Assembly: GCA_905331295.1 (NCBI GenBank)
Contig: CAJNYD010000253.1
Location: 1-64,000 of the forward strand
Origin: Rotaria socialis
Taxonomy: Eukaryota
DNA length: 64,000 nt
Direction: 5' to 3'
Shown here: positions 40,405 through 53,554 of the stretch, in pieces
How positions within the stretch are numbered: position 1 is the stretch's first letter
How the letters are laid out: every line of letters begins with the position of its first letter
Notes under the pieces: model-generated
The model's database searches: none
What the model was told of the DNA's origin: nothing
The model's input: only the letters and a program-made list of their open reading frames with translations
Position numbers and translations under genes: made by a program

Positions 40405-41774
40405 ATAGTTTGTTTTTCTGTGCTATCTTTTTTTTTCTCGACCATGATAAATAGAAAGAAAAATTCGAGATGATTCTTTTCGTTTTTCTGTTTTTTTTTT
40501 AATTTTGAAGAATGTAAAACAAGCTTTTTATGCAATAAAATTGAGTATATATCCGAGATATTTTGTATACTCTCAATTTTCGAAGTGGATAATTTACATG
40601 TACTGGCAGCATTATATTGGATTCAATTAGGCGACATTGTTTCTTTGGTTTTCGACGCGTTGTTGATCACTGACTATCGGCTTTTTCTTTCTTAACAATT
40701 TTTCAATAGTGATTGGTTCTAATGATTTCGGAATACAAGAAAAAAACGTCAACAATCATGATGATCTACGCTGTTGCAGTAGGAGCGACAGCTGTACAAT
40801 TGAAAAAGTTGGCGATGATTGCTCGATTTTGATTCGGATCATGATTATAGAATTTCATCAAAAATGGATTTTCAAAGAAATTTGCTGGTAATGGCCGTTC
40901 AGCAGAATTTTTCGAGAGACATTGCTGAATGAATGCAGCGAAGTCTGATGAATAACCACGATTCGCTGGTAGTATAGGCGGTGTTTCATAAACAATGCAT
41001 TGAACTAATTCAATTGGTCGTACAGCTAATGGTGGATCACAAGTTTCAGCTTGAAATGGATATTTACCTAAACCTATTTCCAGAATCGTCATGCCAAGGC
41101 CCCAAATCTCCGATGGTATACTATATTCATCTGAAATAACTCGTTCCGGTGCCATATATTTATGTGTTCCGATAAATGTTGCAACTTTTTGGCCGATAGT
41201 TTCTAAAACTCGGCTCACACCAAAATCACACAATTTTATCGAACCTAAACTGTTCACCAAAACATTCGACGGTTTAACATCGCGATGCATAATTTTTTGA
41301 CTCCACATATACATAAGACCTTGAATCATGAACAGTGTTATGTGAATGAGAACATTTTCCGGTACATGTATACCAACATATAGTTCAAGTGAACCGCGAT
41401 CCATAAATTCAGTACAGATATGTACAGAATTCTCGTGTAGATAAGCGCCATGCAATTGAACAATATAATCGGAATGTAATCGATTTAATGCGTTTAGTTC
41501 CATGACGATTTCTTGTTTTTTTTCATTCTTATGAAAATCAAGTGAAATAATTTTAACGGCAAGAATTTGTTGAGTTCGCCGATTACGACATCGCCGCACA
41601 ATACCACTATTACCGGTACCAATTATGTCGAGTATATCGAGTGATAACATATTCCCGGACGATAGAATATGTTCGACGTTCGCTTCAAGATAGGATGCGT
41701 TCTTTCTGTCTTGATGCTGTTGATCGGGACATGCCGATGTATCTATTGTTAAATTAGCATGATTACGGTTAACC

Positions 41775-44009
41775 GGTGGACGATCATTTCGTCGCCACTC
41801 ATATCGTCGCGCTCATTTTGTCGCGTTCTTTTCGTCGCCGCTCATTTCGTCGCGTACTCATTTCGTCGCACTCATTTCGTCGCATATTGAATGCGTTGTT
41901 TTCTCACTATATATATATATCTTTTTTTCTCTTTCTCTCTCTTCTCTTAATTAAAGATGCATGTAATGAGATTACAAATTTATTACAAGAAAAAAAAGTA
42001 TGTAATTGGCAAAAAAACAATAATTACAAAGAAACATTAGCTGCTATGTTTTTAAGATATTGATGAATCTGTAGTGGATCATAACCACGAACCAAACGCG
42101 CGATTCTCTCGTCAAGTTTTCTGTAACAGGCTTTTTTAGGCTTCGGCTGATGACCTTGAAGAAGATGAGCAATGTCGATCTCGAATTTGGATTGTTCACG
42201 ACGAATTTTCTCGACCAGTTTCTTGATTGTTGGATGAGCAACGGTAACACGACTTGCAAAAGCATTGTGCCATCCTTCAACAGAATTGTTGGATCGAGGT
42301 AAATCAGTTATGACACGATCGTAAACATTCCATAATGCGTGGTCGAATTGAGGCTTTTTACGACCAGCCCCTGAAAAGCAGCATATTTAAAACAGTTAAC
42401 TTTAATAATTTTCTCACCTCTTCTTCTTGGTTCACCTATCCATGTTTTTTCAAAATAATCAAGTAGATCATCAGCGTCGTCATCGAATTCACCTGCCACG
42501 AGATCAAAGCCAGTAATCACATCAGAAAGAGGAAGATAAGCCAGACCAATTAACATTTTGACGTTAAGTCGAAAATTTTCATCTTCTTTATATTTCGTTG
42601 ATAGTCCCTTGTTTTGAACGTGCCGCCAAACGCTTTGACCGAAGTGAAAGAGACAGCCTATAAGAGAAACTTAATTAGTGTAAATTAATGATTTTTTTTT
42701 GGTTTACCTTTGTGAGTAACGTTTGGCAACATATCTTTGATTGTCTTGATCGTACCAGTTTCGAAGTCACTCAGGATCGTTTCAGGTTGAAAGTTGTCCT
42801 GGTCCAGTACTTTTCTGAAGAAGCCGTTGTAATCGTTCGAGCTTTTTCCAATCAAGAGGCCGTATACAAGAGGGATAATTGTTGATGTCATCAACGCATG
42901 AAGTGTGAATAGCTGATAGAAGTCATTAGGACATACCTAAAGAGAGAGAGAGAGTGATACACTAATTGGTTATGAAAAAAACAATTAGTCCCATACTTTA
43001 AACGTTCCATCAGCGAACCAATGTTTTGATTGCTTCAGTGCTGATAAATTACTTTTCGTGGTGAAAATAATCATATCCTTCTCTTCGTGCAGGAGAAAAT
43101 CTTCGCCACGATAAGTTTTTCTTAAATCATCGGTCAAATCATCAGTTGATGTTGTTGCTGGTGTCTGGCGTTGTCTTCGAATCGTTTGCTTGAGCATTTC
43201 AGTACGAGGAAGTTCGCTTGTAGCGCTCAGTGGAAACATTCGTAAGGATGAATGGAGGATGATACTTGTTGATTCTTCAGATGTAACCGCTCTGACTTTG
43301 ATCTCGTTGTGTAGTTCAATTACTGGAATACGTTCAGGGTTGGGTGCATGATTATGATCAGTTGGTGGAGAAAGAAAAGTATCCATCGATAAATTAGTAT
43401 GACATCGAGCTAAAAGCAATAATAATTAATGTTGTTCATTTTTTTACAATTTTTTTTACCTTTGCAGCTTCTGTTTTGGCAACGAAAAATTATTTTTGTT
43501 GTTGTAGATTTTTCCTTAGTATATATAAAGCCCAGGTAACAAACCATAGGTTTTCCTTTTCCCGATAGAAGCTTTTGAATAGAAGACATTGAATGAGTCA
43601 AGTTGATAAGTGATGAGTAGTACTCTTATCAAGCGAGCTATGCTTTTATACATATTCAGCTTAATTGATTGATTCTTAATGAGCTTTTACTTAGACAGAC
43701 AGTGTTTTATTTTATTTCCCAAATCTGATTTATTTATAGTGTTTTATTTAACATAATCTCATTTACAACAAAACAGAACAAAATCTTTTTTTTTAATCCA
43801 CTAAAAATCATTAATCAGAAATTAGATTCAAACTTTCTTGACAAGTTATTTTTTTTTACAACATGTAACACGCATACAAACCATCAATTAAAAGAAACAT
43901 GCGACGAAATGAACGCGACTAATTGAATACGCGACGAAATGAGCGGCGACGAAAAGAACGCGACGAAATGAGCGCGACGAAATGAGTGGCGACGAATTGA
44001 CATAGTGCC
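41775..44009 (-). mobile_element. Autonomous-looking Mutator (MULE) DNA transposon
   Basis: ~110 bp TIRs built of CTCATTTCGTCGC subrepeats with GG...CC ends. Perfect TSD (C)GGTTAACC at 41766/7-41774 and 44009/10-44017. Confidence 0.95.
42024..43589 (-). CDS. FLYWCH + MULE DDE transposase, 5 exons
   Basis: KGKPMVCYLGFIY..FRC..C|ARCH..HNH, WFADGTFK|VCP..YQLFTLH, SDFE, GCLFHFGQSVWR, RSNNSVEGWH. Four short GT-AG introns, with no stop or frameshift on manual splicing. Confidence 0.9.
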
Positions 44010-45220
44010 GGTTAACCATCGGCTTGAGCTTCAGAATAAATTTCGAGCGCATTTGTTGTTGGCACGTACGAAAATAAAAGTTTCTCAATGGACCCATTTC
44101 AAGTTCACTTGATACTGTCACTTCGTCTCGATCGTCATCAACATACATAAATGCCGTAAATGGATGTTTACATGATGGAAACGTATGTTCAGCTAAACGA
44201 ATTAACGAATCAAAAGTTAAAAAATCTTCGGATTGTAGTAGTGCTGATCTACATTCGCGGCCGAATTGAAATTCTACTTCTATAGTATTCATGTGATTTT
44301 TATTTCTGTGCTTTACGAATTTCTTTTTTGTCCTCGAAAAAAATTTTGCACCGTCGTCGAAGCTTCTAGTTTTTTTTTTCTTCTTCAGCTATAACAAAAA
44401 ACATCTGTCACCACCAATGCATTGTAGTTCTGCGTAGATCTATTAGACAATAATCTAGTAAATAAACATTATAATAAAACGAGAAAATGTCCGCAAAAAG
44501 CAAAAGACATTATGTATACACTTACATATACTTGTATACATAAAATAACATCGGTGAAAATGTGCTTGTCTACTTTCGTTTTTTTTTCTCCTCTCACATA
44601 CATTTATACTTACTCAAATAATCATGTTGTCATCGAATTGTCGCTTGCAGAACAATTCAGCTGATACACACATGCAGAGAAGCATGACTTTTTTTCGTTT
44701 TCTTCTTGTTCTCATATATTTCTTTCAATCAGATTGTGCATTGACTCAATGCGTGTGTCAATATTTTGATCGAATCAATCGGTCTCTTCATACTTTGAGT
44801 TTATACGCGTTTGAGAATAGAGCAGTAAATTCTTTCAAGTAATAAATGGTAGCTATTGAGATTCATACATAAAGTTGGCTTTTTTTTCTTATTAATATTC
44901 AACACGATAAGCACGTATGCTTTTCAAATGAAGCGATAGAAGAAGAAGAAGAAAAACAGATAAGCGACGACGAGGAAGTTTATCTGAGTGCATAAATAGC
45001 ACACGTATGTATGATTTATCCACTGCCGATTAGTATTAGACACAACATACAGACAGATGGACAATGTTGAACGTGTTTATTTGCACATCTACTCAGGAAA
45101 AAAGCAGATCACACGAGTAGCATCTTTTTTTTTGTATTGTATTTGAACAAGATGATCAATTCATTCATGATCGGATTGTAGAATAAGTTCATCACGATAA
45201 ACAACATATGTATAGACATG

Positions 45221-45251
<31 letters not shown>

Positions 45252-45646
45252 GCTTTGTTCTCTCCGACATAACTATCGTCATATCGGTTTGCTCCATTTA
45301 TGCGAAACTTTATGATATTTAGTTAGTTCAATGTGTCATGTCCATAAAGTATTTTACACTTGTTATTTTTCATATATATTTATATATACGAGAGAGAGAG
45401 AGCATTATCATCACTTGATTGTTTACAACCTTTTCACCTGTATGCTTTTTTTTGTACTCGTCTATGTGCAAGTATATATATGTATGTGCGTCATTCAATG
45501 CTCTAGAGTGAAATTCTATCGCCTAGTTGTCGTTTCTTTCATGGGTTGAAATTATGTGCCAATAACGACCGCACCAACGTTCTTGTTCTCTTGTCCTCGC
45601 GTCGTGCTGTGCATACTCGTCCGACGGATGGCATGAGTAGCGCATA

Positions 45647-45680
<34 letters not shown>

Positions 45681-46172
45681 GCCGCTCGCGTTATAGCAAC
45701 TCCTAAGCGTAGCCCTACCCCCTATATCAACTAGAGGATTCATCAGGGAGAATGGCGAAAAGGAAGAAAAAAAAAGGCGGACGATGTTCGTGAAGAGAAA
45801 ATGTCATTTCCATTTCTTCTTCTTTTCCGTCGGTTGTGTTCCACCAACAGTGCAATAGAGAGTAGTGGTGGCGGTGGACGACGGTCGGGCAAGTTCACCA
45901 TTGACGAAACATCGCTCTTTCTTTTCTCTTTACCTGTGCGAGTGAAGCCGAAGAAGAAGAAGAAGAAAAATCGAGCGAAGCAGTTGATTACTATCGCCAT
46001 GTACATGTTCGCTATGTATACTTTTTTTTCACTCTATTCATTTTTCTACTCTTCTAGACAAGCCGTCAATGCTGTCCAGTTTATCGTTCCTCTACGATTG
46101 ATTAATAATTTTTAAAAGACAAAAAAATTAAAACCGACAATAATCCACACACACACACACACACATATATAA

Positions 46173-49135
46173 ATGTGGTATCCGCCTCAACAGCATTGCC
46201 AGCCGCCGCCGAGCTGGCATGGATATGTCAACAATTTTTCGTCGCAACAACAGCAGCTGCAGCAACGAACTTATGCGAGGACTACATATTATTGTAATAC
46301 TGATGAGTCACCGATTACAAATCGAGCAAATACTCAAGTAATGTCAAGAAACGATAAGAATGAGTCATTCGTTCAGTTTAATCCAATACACACCGATGAT
46401 TTTAACGGTAAAAATAAATTTTTATTACAAAAATTTCATTTACACTTGAGTCTAAGGCTAATCATTTTTATAAGTGCAATAATTTATTACATTTTTTAAG
46501 GTTTCATTAATTTATAAGTAGGCAAATAGAACGAAAGAGAGAGAATCAAGGCAGCTACTTATTTATGTGTATATATATAAGAGCGTGTATGTACTATGTA
46601 CGGACACGTCTATAAAATGTTTTGATCAATAGTAAATAGTACCTATATGCAAGAAAACTAATTGTTACATTCTCCATCTGTAACTACTGCAGGCTTTCTC
46701 CTTGGTCTTACGTAATGAATGATAATAATAATATTCGACATCATGAATAGATGCAACGGCGACAACATTAGTCGTACCCGTTGTCGTATAAGTTATTCAA
46801 TTCAACCGCTCGTTTTTTTTTTCTAAGCAAGCTGATCGTTCGATCAATCAGATGAGTGATTACTTGTAGATATTCATGCGTGCTATTTCTATCTAGCACT
46901 ATTGTCTTCTATGAACGCAAGCCAACGATGATAGACTCTAAATCAAATTATGACGATTTTCTCTAAAGAAAAAAAGAAGAGAAACGACATTATTCTAGAT
47001 TGGAGACAGTATGCATATGAGTATTGAGGAAATCAAAATGCCAATAGCAATACGAACTATCAAAAATATACTAGTGAAACATTTTTTTACGCTGTATTGC
47101 TGATGATTTATGCCGATAGCGTACAAGGAACTTCGCTTTTTTTTCCTCATTCGACCCTGTTTTTTTTTTCTTTTTTGAAAATCATCATTACTAACAGTAC
47201 CCTTGTATGACACACCTATCTGATAATAAATATACATATACTATAAAAAGAAAAAGAAAATTCGAAGCAATAAAATTATTCTGTCTATAGGGGATGATAT
47301 TCCTTTGATTCAATGGCCATGATCTGTCATGTTTTTGTTCAGTTTGCACCAACTGAAAAGAAACGATTGAAATAATTTATTTAATCGAGAAAAAAAATCT
47401 CTACTATTAGTAGTTTAGAAAGGTCAGCAGTCATCATTCTTTTGTTTCTCTGAATTGAAACGCTATCGGACTGACAATGAAAAACAGATTGTTGAAGTGT
47501 CAGAAAGAAGCAGAATGGAAAACGTTCTTCCCCGGCGTCTCTTTCTCGTTTTATAATTAGAATGAATACTACTCCGTTTGTTTGGCCGTCGACATGCACA
47601 CATAACTATATTATGTGAAGAACTAAAAAGGAGGAACAGTCAATTATCTTCGTTCGTTGATATTTGTCATAGCGTAAAATAATTACTGTGCGGATCTTAA
47701 GGCTATACAAAGAGAAGAAAGTGCCTTTTATATGTAAACATCATCTGTTCATATGACAGTATGCAGTTGCTCAATCGACTGATGATCTTTATATGTATAC
47801 ATAGAGAGAATAGTTCATGTTTCTTTGGAAAATATGATAAGTGTCTTCTTCTTCTTCTTCTTCTTCTTATGAGTATTTCCATCATCAGTCATATTTTATT
47901 GATGAATTCATCTAGATGCGTGTTGTCAGTTTTCCCCTTAGCCGCTTTTTATTCTCGAGTTTTTCTCGAGTCATTTTTTTGTTTCTTCTCGGGTACGTGA
48001 AGAAGTGTGTTTTTCTTGTCTCTTTATTTTTTGATCATTCCATTCTTTTGCTTGCTTTTATATGTGCGTTGACGTGTTCATTGTCATTGTATGTCTCACT
48101 TCTCATTTTGTCTTTGTTCTAGTGGCTGGTATCGACTATCACAATACTCATTCTACCGGTTCGTATAGTGATGAAATGTCGTCACCATCGTACCAAACAC
48201 CGAATAATAATCCACATTGGAGTCCAGTTATAACTCCATCGACAAAAACATTGATTACTCCACAGGAAAATCCTTCGCCTCCGATTCCTATTACTAGTTC
48301 ACCTTCATCGCCTTCTACATCAGGTTGTTGGGATTGGCTCCTTTATTCGCCGGAATTCTACTCTCATTTATATATACCATCATCGTCTTTCGTTCAACAA
48401 CAAAAACAAGATGATGATCTCGATTTATTAGCGAGATTACCAACGTGGTTGCTCGCTTTACTCTATCCATCGATGCAACAATACCATGCAAGGGACGATG
48501 AGAATGATAGTGATCAAGAGATAAGTTCTCTTAATAATTATCACGACGAGGCACCATTATCGATGAATATCGATAAGTCAATTAATAAAGTCTCGTCAAA
48601 TTTATCCTTATCGTCCGAAAATACTCCTACGAATAGTCAGAAAGTGCCACAAAATCGCTCATCAACACCTGATACCGACGATGGATATCAATCAGCTAGT
48701 GACGCTAGTCGTAGTGATTGTTCACAGCAATCATCTTTGCAATATGATCATCATAATAGTAAAGATGATATTACAATGAACACATCTTCATCGCTTGTGC
48801 CAAAACGCATTTCATATGCAGCTGCTGTCAAACCTATGGCAGCATCAATTAACAACAATAATAAAACAAGTCCATTATCAGCACATATTATTAAAACAAA
48901 AAATAATTCACCATTATTAGCCATCAATGATGTGTTAAATAATAATAATGGGCAAAAATTAAAATTTGTTGCTCCACGTTTTGAACGAATGCATCATGCT
49001 AAGCAATATTCATCTTCGACAACGACAAATAAAGACCCACCGTCGTCTTCATTGACAAATCGGCCGCAAATTCGTTCGAATATTAATAATAATAATCAAC
49101 GTAATCATATTAATAATTCAGCAAAACGTCGTTAA
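46173..49135 (+). CDS. Low-complexity orphan protein, 2 exons (46173-46407, 48123-49135)
   Basis: A phase-1 GT-AG junction joins the two ORFs in frame (DDFN V AGIDY). S/N/P-rich, no recognised domain. Confidence 0.65.
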
Positions 49136-50925
49136 GAAACTTGTTCCTCTTTTCTTTAACTAAACTTATTAAGTCGTTCAACAAAATTTTCTTTTCATGT
49201 GTGTATTTCTTTGTTGTTCGTCTGTCTTTTTCTTTTTGTTTCTATGTTGTATTAGAATCAAGTCAGTTAAGCAAAAAACAAAAAAGATGATGATATGATT
49301 TCATGTAGGAGAAATCAACAAACCTACATGCACATATATGTCTCAATATCATTTTTATTACGTATAGAAACGCTCTTTAATCACTATTGCAAACTATTTC
49401 GATTTGGCCGGTCACAAAGTTTTAGTTCGCTGATTTATTTGATGGATCATATTGCTAAGTGTTGAAAGTGAACGCCCACCATAGCTTTTTCAAAGAAGCG
49501 CCGATTGTGATAGAAGCGATTCTAATCATCTGGTTCAGTTGACATGAAATGACAGATTTTCTGGTGATAATCTCCATTAACCCTTTTTCTTCTTCTCATT
49601 CATTGTTCAGTTTTTTCTTTTGTCTATGAGCTTAATTAAATTTTCCATCGGCGTTTCTCTGACTTAAGGGTTAAATAATGCAAATGATCGGCAAGGATAT
49701 GCATACGGCAAAAAAAGAACCTTGATGATAATTACTGAGTACAGCGAAACAGTTTTGATTTAAAATCGTGGGTTTTTGTCTTTAAGAATTATTCAATTTT
49801 ACGAAACGCCATCTAGAGGTCGCGTGAACTCATGAGGCTTTATGGATTGTATAAAGTGTGAATGCTATTTTGATTTAAAAGCAAAATATGTTTGAGAAAA
49901 AACGACAGGTTCTTCATTGGATTACTTGTTTTCCAAATTAAGTAATCTACAAATGAGACACTATTTACAAGAAAAAGTTTGTTTTCTGTAGGAATCTTTG
50001 CATTTTTATGTTGAAGGTCAAATCAAATTTTCGCTAGTAAATTTCGAATGAGTTCTTTTGATCTAACAGGTTATTGGCTCGTAGAAAAATTTTCCTTCTT
50101 GCGACTATTTTCATAAAAATGAATAGTATAAATTTAACCTTTTTTCATGATCCTCGGGAGCTTTTTTTAATTAGAAATGAGAAGAAAAATCCTTTAACGG
50201 GTTGATTCCTTTTGCGCATGACATAGACATTAAAGGTTTATGATTAACCTCAAACGATTTAATGTCCTTAAATTAGCACAACCATAATGGCGTACTAAAA
50301 ATGTCAAGATACCCAAGAAAAGAAAACTTATTCCCGAATCGCAACTTGAGATTCTTTTTTCTGATGAAGACATGACTTAGTGAGATGGGAGTATCATTTC
50401 TGTTCGTTTACTTCTCTGTTCTAACAGATGAACATGAAATCTGACTTTATGCATAATCAAAATTATTCTCATAATGCAAAGACAGTCGCCCTAATCATTG
50501 GCAAAGCTTTTTGCGAAAATGAGCTGCGTAGAGCCTATTCCTGTCTGCATTATATCAATACGCATGAGCAGTTCTCTCGAACGAAGATAATTACATGTTA
50601 TTTTTGGCTCTCATCTATTTTAACCAATACAATTGGAGCGGAAATATTTGTTTTAAATCATTATGACTAAGACTCTTGCGAGTTAGTACCGTAGCTAAAA
50701 ACAAGTCCGAATCGAATTTGCAACAGAACAAGATCGATCTCGCGTAGACAATGTCGATAAGAAAAAAAAGAAACATCATTCATGATAAGACATATTTTTG
50801 ACACTAAGCAACTTGATAATTTTTATTTAATTAAAGCCTGAAATAGGATTTTTTTGTTTATTAGAAATGTTCTTCTGCGGCTATATATTATAATTATTTT
50901 TACCCCTTCTGTCAGTATGTGTTTA

Positions 50926-51903
50926 TCACAAGTTATCGGTTGTCACTGTCTGCTGTTGTTTGTAATATTTCATCCACCATTCTGGTATTTCGATTTCGTT
51001 TACTGTTGCGTTACAATCGTTCCAATGTTTACTCATCATAAACAGGATTTTTTCTTCTGTTGTTGCTAATAATTTCTGCATATTAAATGATCCAATACGT
51101 ATTCGACTACGTTTCACAACGACAGGTTCTTGTGATTTACGATCGATGCTTTCTAAATCGTATAATTCCTTTTTTAAAAATGTACCATAAATAATATTTT
51201 TTGGTGCCTCATGTAACATATCCCAATTTTTTTCTGTTCGAAGCATAGCTCGCAATTCATGTGGACTCTTCCCTAGAATAGCATGTTGAGAATAATAACT
51301 TAATGCATAGGTTAATGTTGCATTTTTTAATGTATCATATCGATGACGCCAATAAACCGATGCCATAGCAGCAAATTGATCTGGCACTGAAAAAGCACGA
51401 CCATCGAAATAAGCGGAATGTGACGCGAGACGTTCTCGGATATGTTCATTATCTATATCCGACCAATCTTCTTCATTAATATATTTATTAAATTTAGCTG
51501 ATGTGTACGATGCAAGTACCGATACAAGTTTTTGTATACGACCAGAATACATATGTTCCCGGGGATGTTTTTCCGGTTCATAAACAATTGGACAAGCATC
51601 GAAAACGAGAGAGATTTCATCGGATTCATAGTAGATTGTCAATGGATTGAAACGTTGTAGTAAATCGGCTGATGTACGAATAAATGCTCGTGTCATACGT
51701 TGATCATATGGTTTCGTAAAACCACGAGTATAATTTCGAAATGAAACTCCATCAATACGAACAACAAACGGGTAGGATGAATCAAGTCGTTGATCACTTA
51801 TTGCTTCAAATTCTTTAACTTGAGTGGCGAGTAATTTCTCATCGTCGAGTAATTGATCATTGTTACTGTCAAAAAGTTCTCTTTCAAATGTTATATCTGT
51901 CAT
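50926..51903 (-). CDS. Thg1-like protein (TLP; tRNA-His guanylyltransferase family 3'-5' polymerase), intronless
   Basis: VRIDGVSF, KPYD, ESDEISL, YSGRIQKLVS, FDGR, WR...KN, YGTFLKK. Confidence 0.9.
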   Translation of the reverse strand: MTDITFERELFDSNNDQLLDDEKLLATQVKEFEAISDQRLDSSYPFVVRIDGVSFRNYTRGFTKPYDQRMTRAFIRTSADLLQRFNPLTIYYESDEISLVFDACPIVYEPEKHPREHMYSGRIQKLVSVLASYTSAKFNKYINEEDWSDIDNEHIRERLASHSAYFDGRAFSVPDQFAAMASVYWRHRYDTLKNATLTYALSYYSQHAILGKSPHELRAMLRTEKNWDMLHEAPKNIIYGTFLKKELYDLESIDRKSQEPVVVKRSRIRIGSFNMQKLLATTEEKILFMMSKHWNDCNATVNEIEIPEWWMKYYKQQQTVTTDNL

Positions 51904-53554
51904 TCGAGCTGTAAATTAGTTTTCGTATTTTTTTACTAAGAATAGAACTATGCAAAATAGTTTATATAGAGATTGACGCACTATGTACAATATATTGCAT
52001 CACAATTTGTCGTGCAAGTGAACGAAATATCCTAATGAGTCATCACAAAAAATAACCATAATCATAGTTGGGCGGCGAAACGGGCTTTCTTTTTTTCTAT
52101 CCAGATGTCAGTGATGTAAAGCAAATTGTTGACTGATGTAATACATTGATTATATCTTGATGTTAATTATGAAATTTTACAGCTATGGGAAGAATTTTGA
52201 AAGATCGACGTTGTAAGCCTTGCGATATTTTTCTGCGAATCAAATTTCAATGAATTATAGAAGAGGAATTTCTTTTTAATGCTTTGCTCTATTTATAGTC
52301 CAAGGCAATAGCAGTATTCATCAGGGTGGAGAGATTTCGATAGCATAAAAAATAGATTATCGTCTAGAGCAAAAAGAAACTACAATAATTGAGTCGTTTT
52401 TTAGAGTTCTAAACCAACGTAGAAAGTAGAAAATTCGAGAATAATTGAACACACAATGTAAATCTGGTAAGCAGCATCGATGTTCGGGTACAAATGAAAG
52501 TTTAAAATAAATTATGCAGGAGAGCCTAATTATGAATTAGAATTTACAGAGAATTGTAGTAATTAGAATTTTCACCAATCTTTGCTTAGGTATCAATGGA
52601 TAATAATATTAAGAGAAAAAAATCGATTTCTTCTATTTGCTTACGCACTCAATATTTACGATTAAAATTATATGGTTTATTAATTTCGGAAAAGAATTTC
52701 AGTTATTTTATATCTTGAAAAGAAACTAATTGACATCGAATGTGTGACACTCTCTGTGACATTATAGAACTATTAAATAGCAGTTGTTGATTGCATAATA
52801 TTTCTTCGTAAATATATGGATATACACCAACAAAAGAGGCAGGGCCATACATGGATTACAACTTATGTTCTATAGTTATTTATAGTTCGATAATTTCTGT
52901 CTTTTGTTACACCCATCTAAAGCGTGTTATATTGAATAGGGAAAAAAGGAGATATAGTGTCCTAAGCAAATAATCTTAAATCATTGTCGTCATCATGACG
53001 GCTAAAAAAAACTAGGAACGTCGAGAGAAGTAATCATCATAATCACGATGATGATTATGAGTGCCGGTACATAAAAACAAGTCTTAGTTTACGCAGGAAC
53101 TCTTTTCTTTGCTCCTATTTTCTTTCCTCTTTTTTTTTGTAATACGAGAGAGAAAGCTATTGACTCAACAATCGTTTATATAATAAAAAAAATAAGAAGA
53201 AGGAGAAGCGAGAACTACTAGTTGATTGATTTCTTAATACATATCTACGCTCATGTTCTAGTCTATTCGCAGTCTGCTACACGCACACACACATATATAT
53301 ATATATATGTAAGTAGTGCCCAACAGATAGATATTCAGTGACAAGTATGAAGCAGATAACAAAAAAAAACGATAGAAAGATACTATTGTCCAAACTTCAT
53401 TGAATATTTATACTGTTGAAGTCTTTTATGCTTATCATTGTCTCTACCATTGCTTTATGCATATTCCTTAGTCATACTTTCATATATGTAGTGTCATGAT
53501 GCATAGATAATTATTTTTTTGTTCTTCTCTGTTATCTATAGTGATGCGACTATA

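Larger units (their letters stand above)
40766..44292 (-). pseudogene. MAP2K5: MAP2K5 (MEK5) coding sequence split by a transposon: PB1 part 44292-44010, linker+kinase 41766-40766
   Basis: PB1 with acidic motif YVDDDRDEVTVSSELE, and MAP2K kinase (MHRDVKPSNVLVN, DFGVS, YMAPER). Removing the element and one TSD restores PMVNRNHANLTIDT in frame. Confidence 0.85.

Noticed and set aside
43888..44292. 134-aa ORF as a standalone gene
   Set aside because: It is the MAP2K5 PB1 exon reading into the MULE TIR.
44600..48100. Numerous short hydrophobic ORFs
   Set aside because: Derived from T-rich, microsatellite-containing UTR or intron sequence, with no domain signal.
49577..49674. TTAA-CCCTT...AAGGG-TTAA piggyBac-like mini element
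   Set aside because: TIR is only 5 bp beyond TTAA, compatible with chance in AT-rich DNA.
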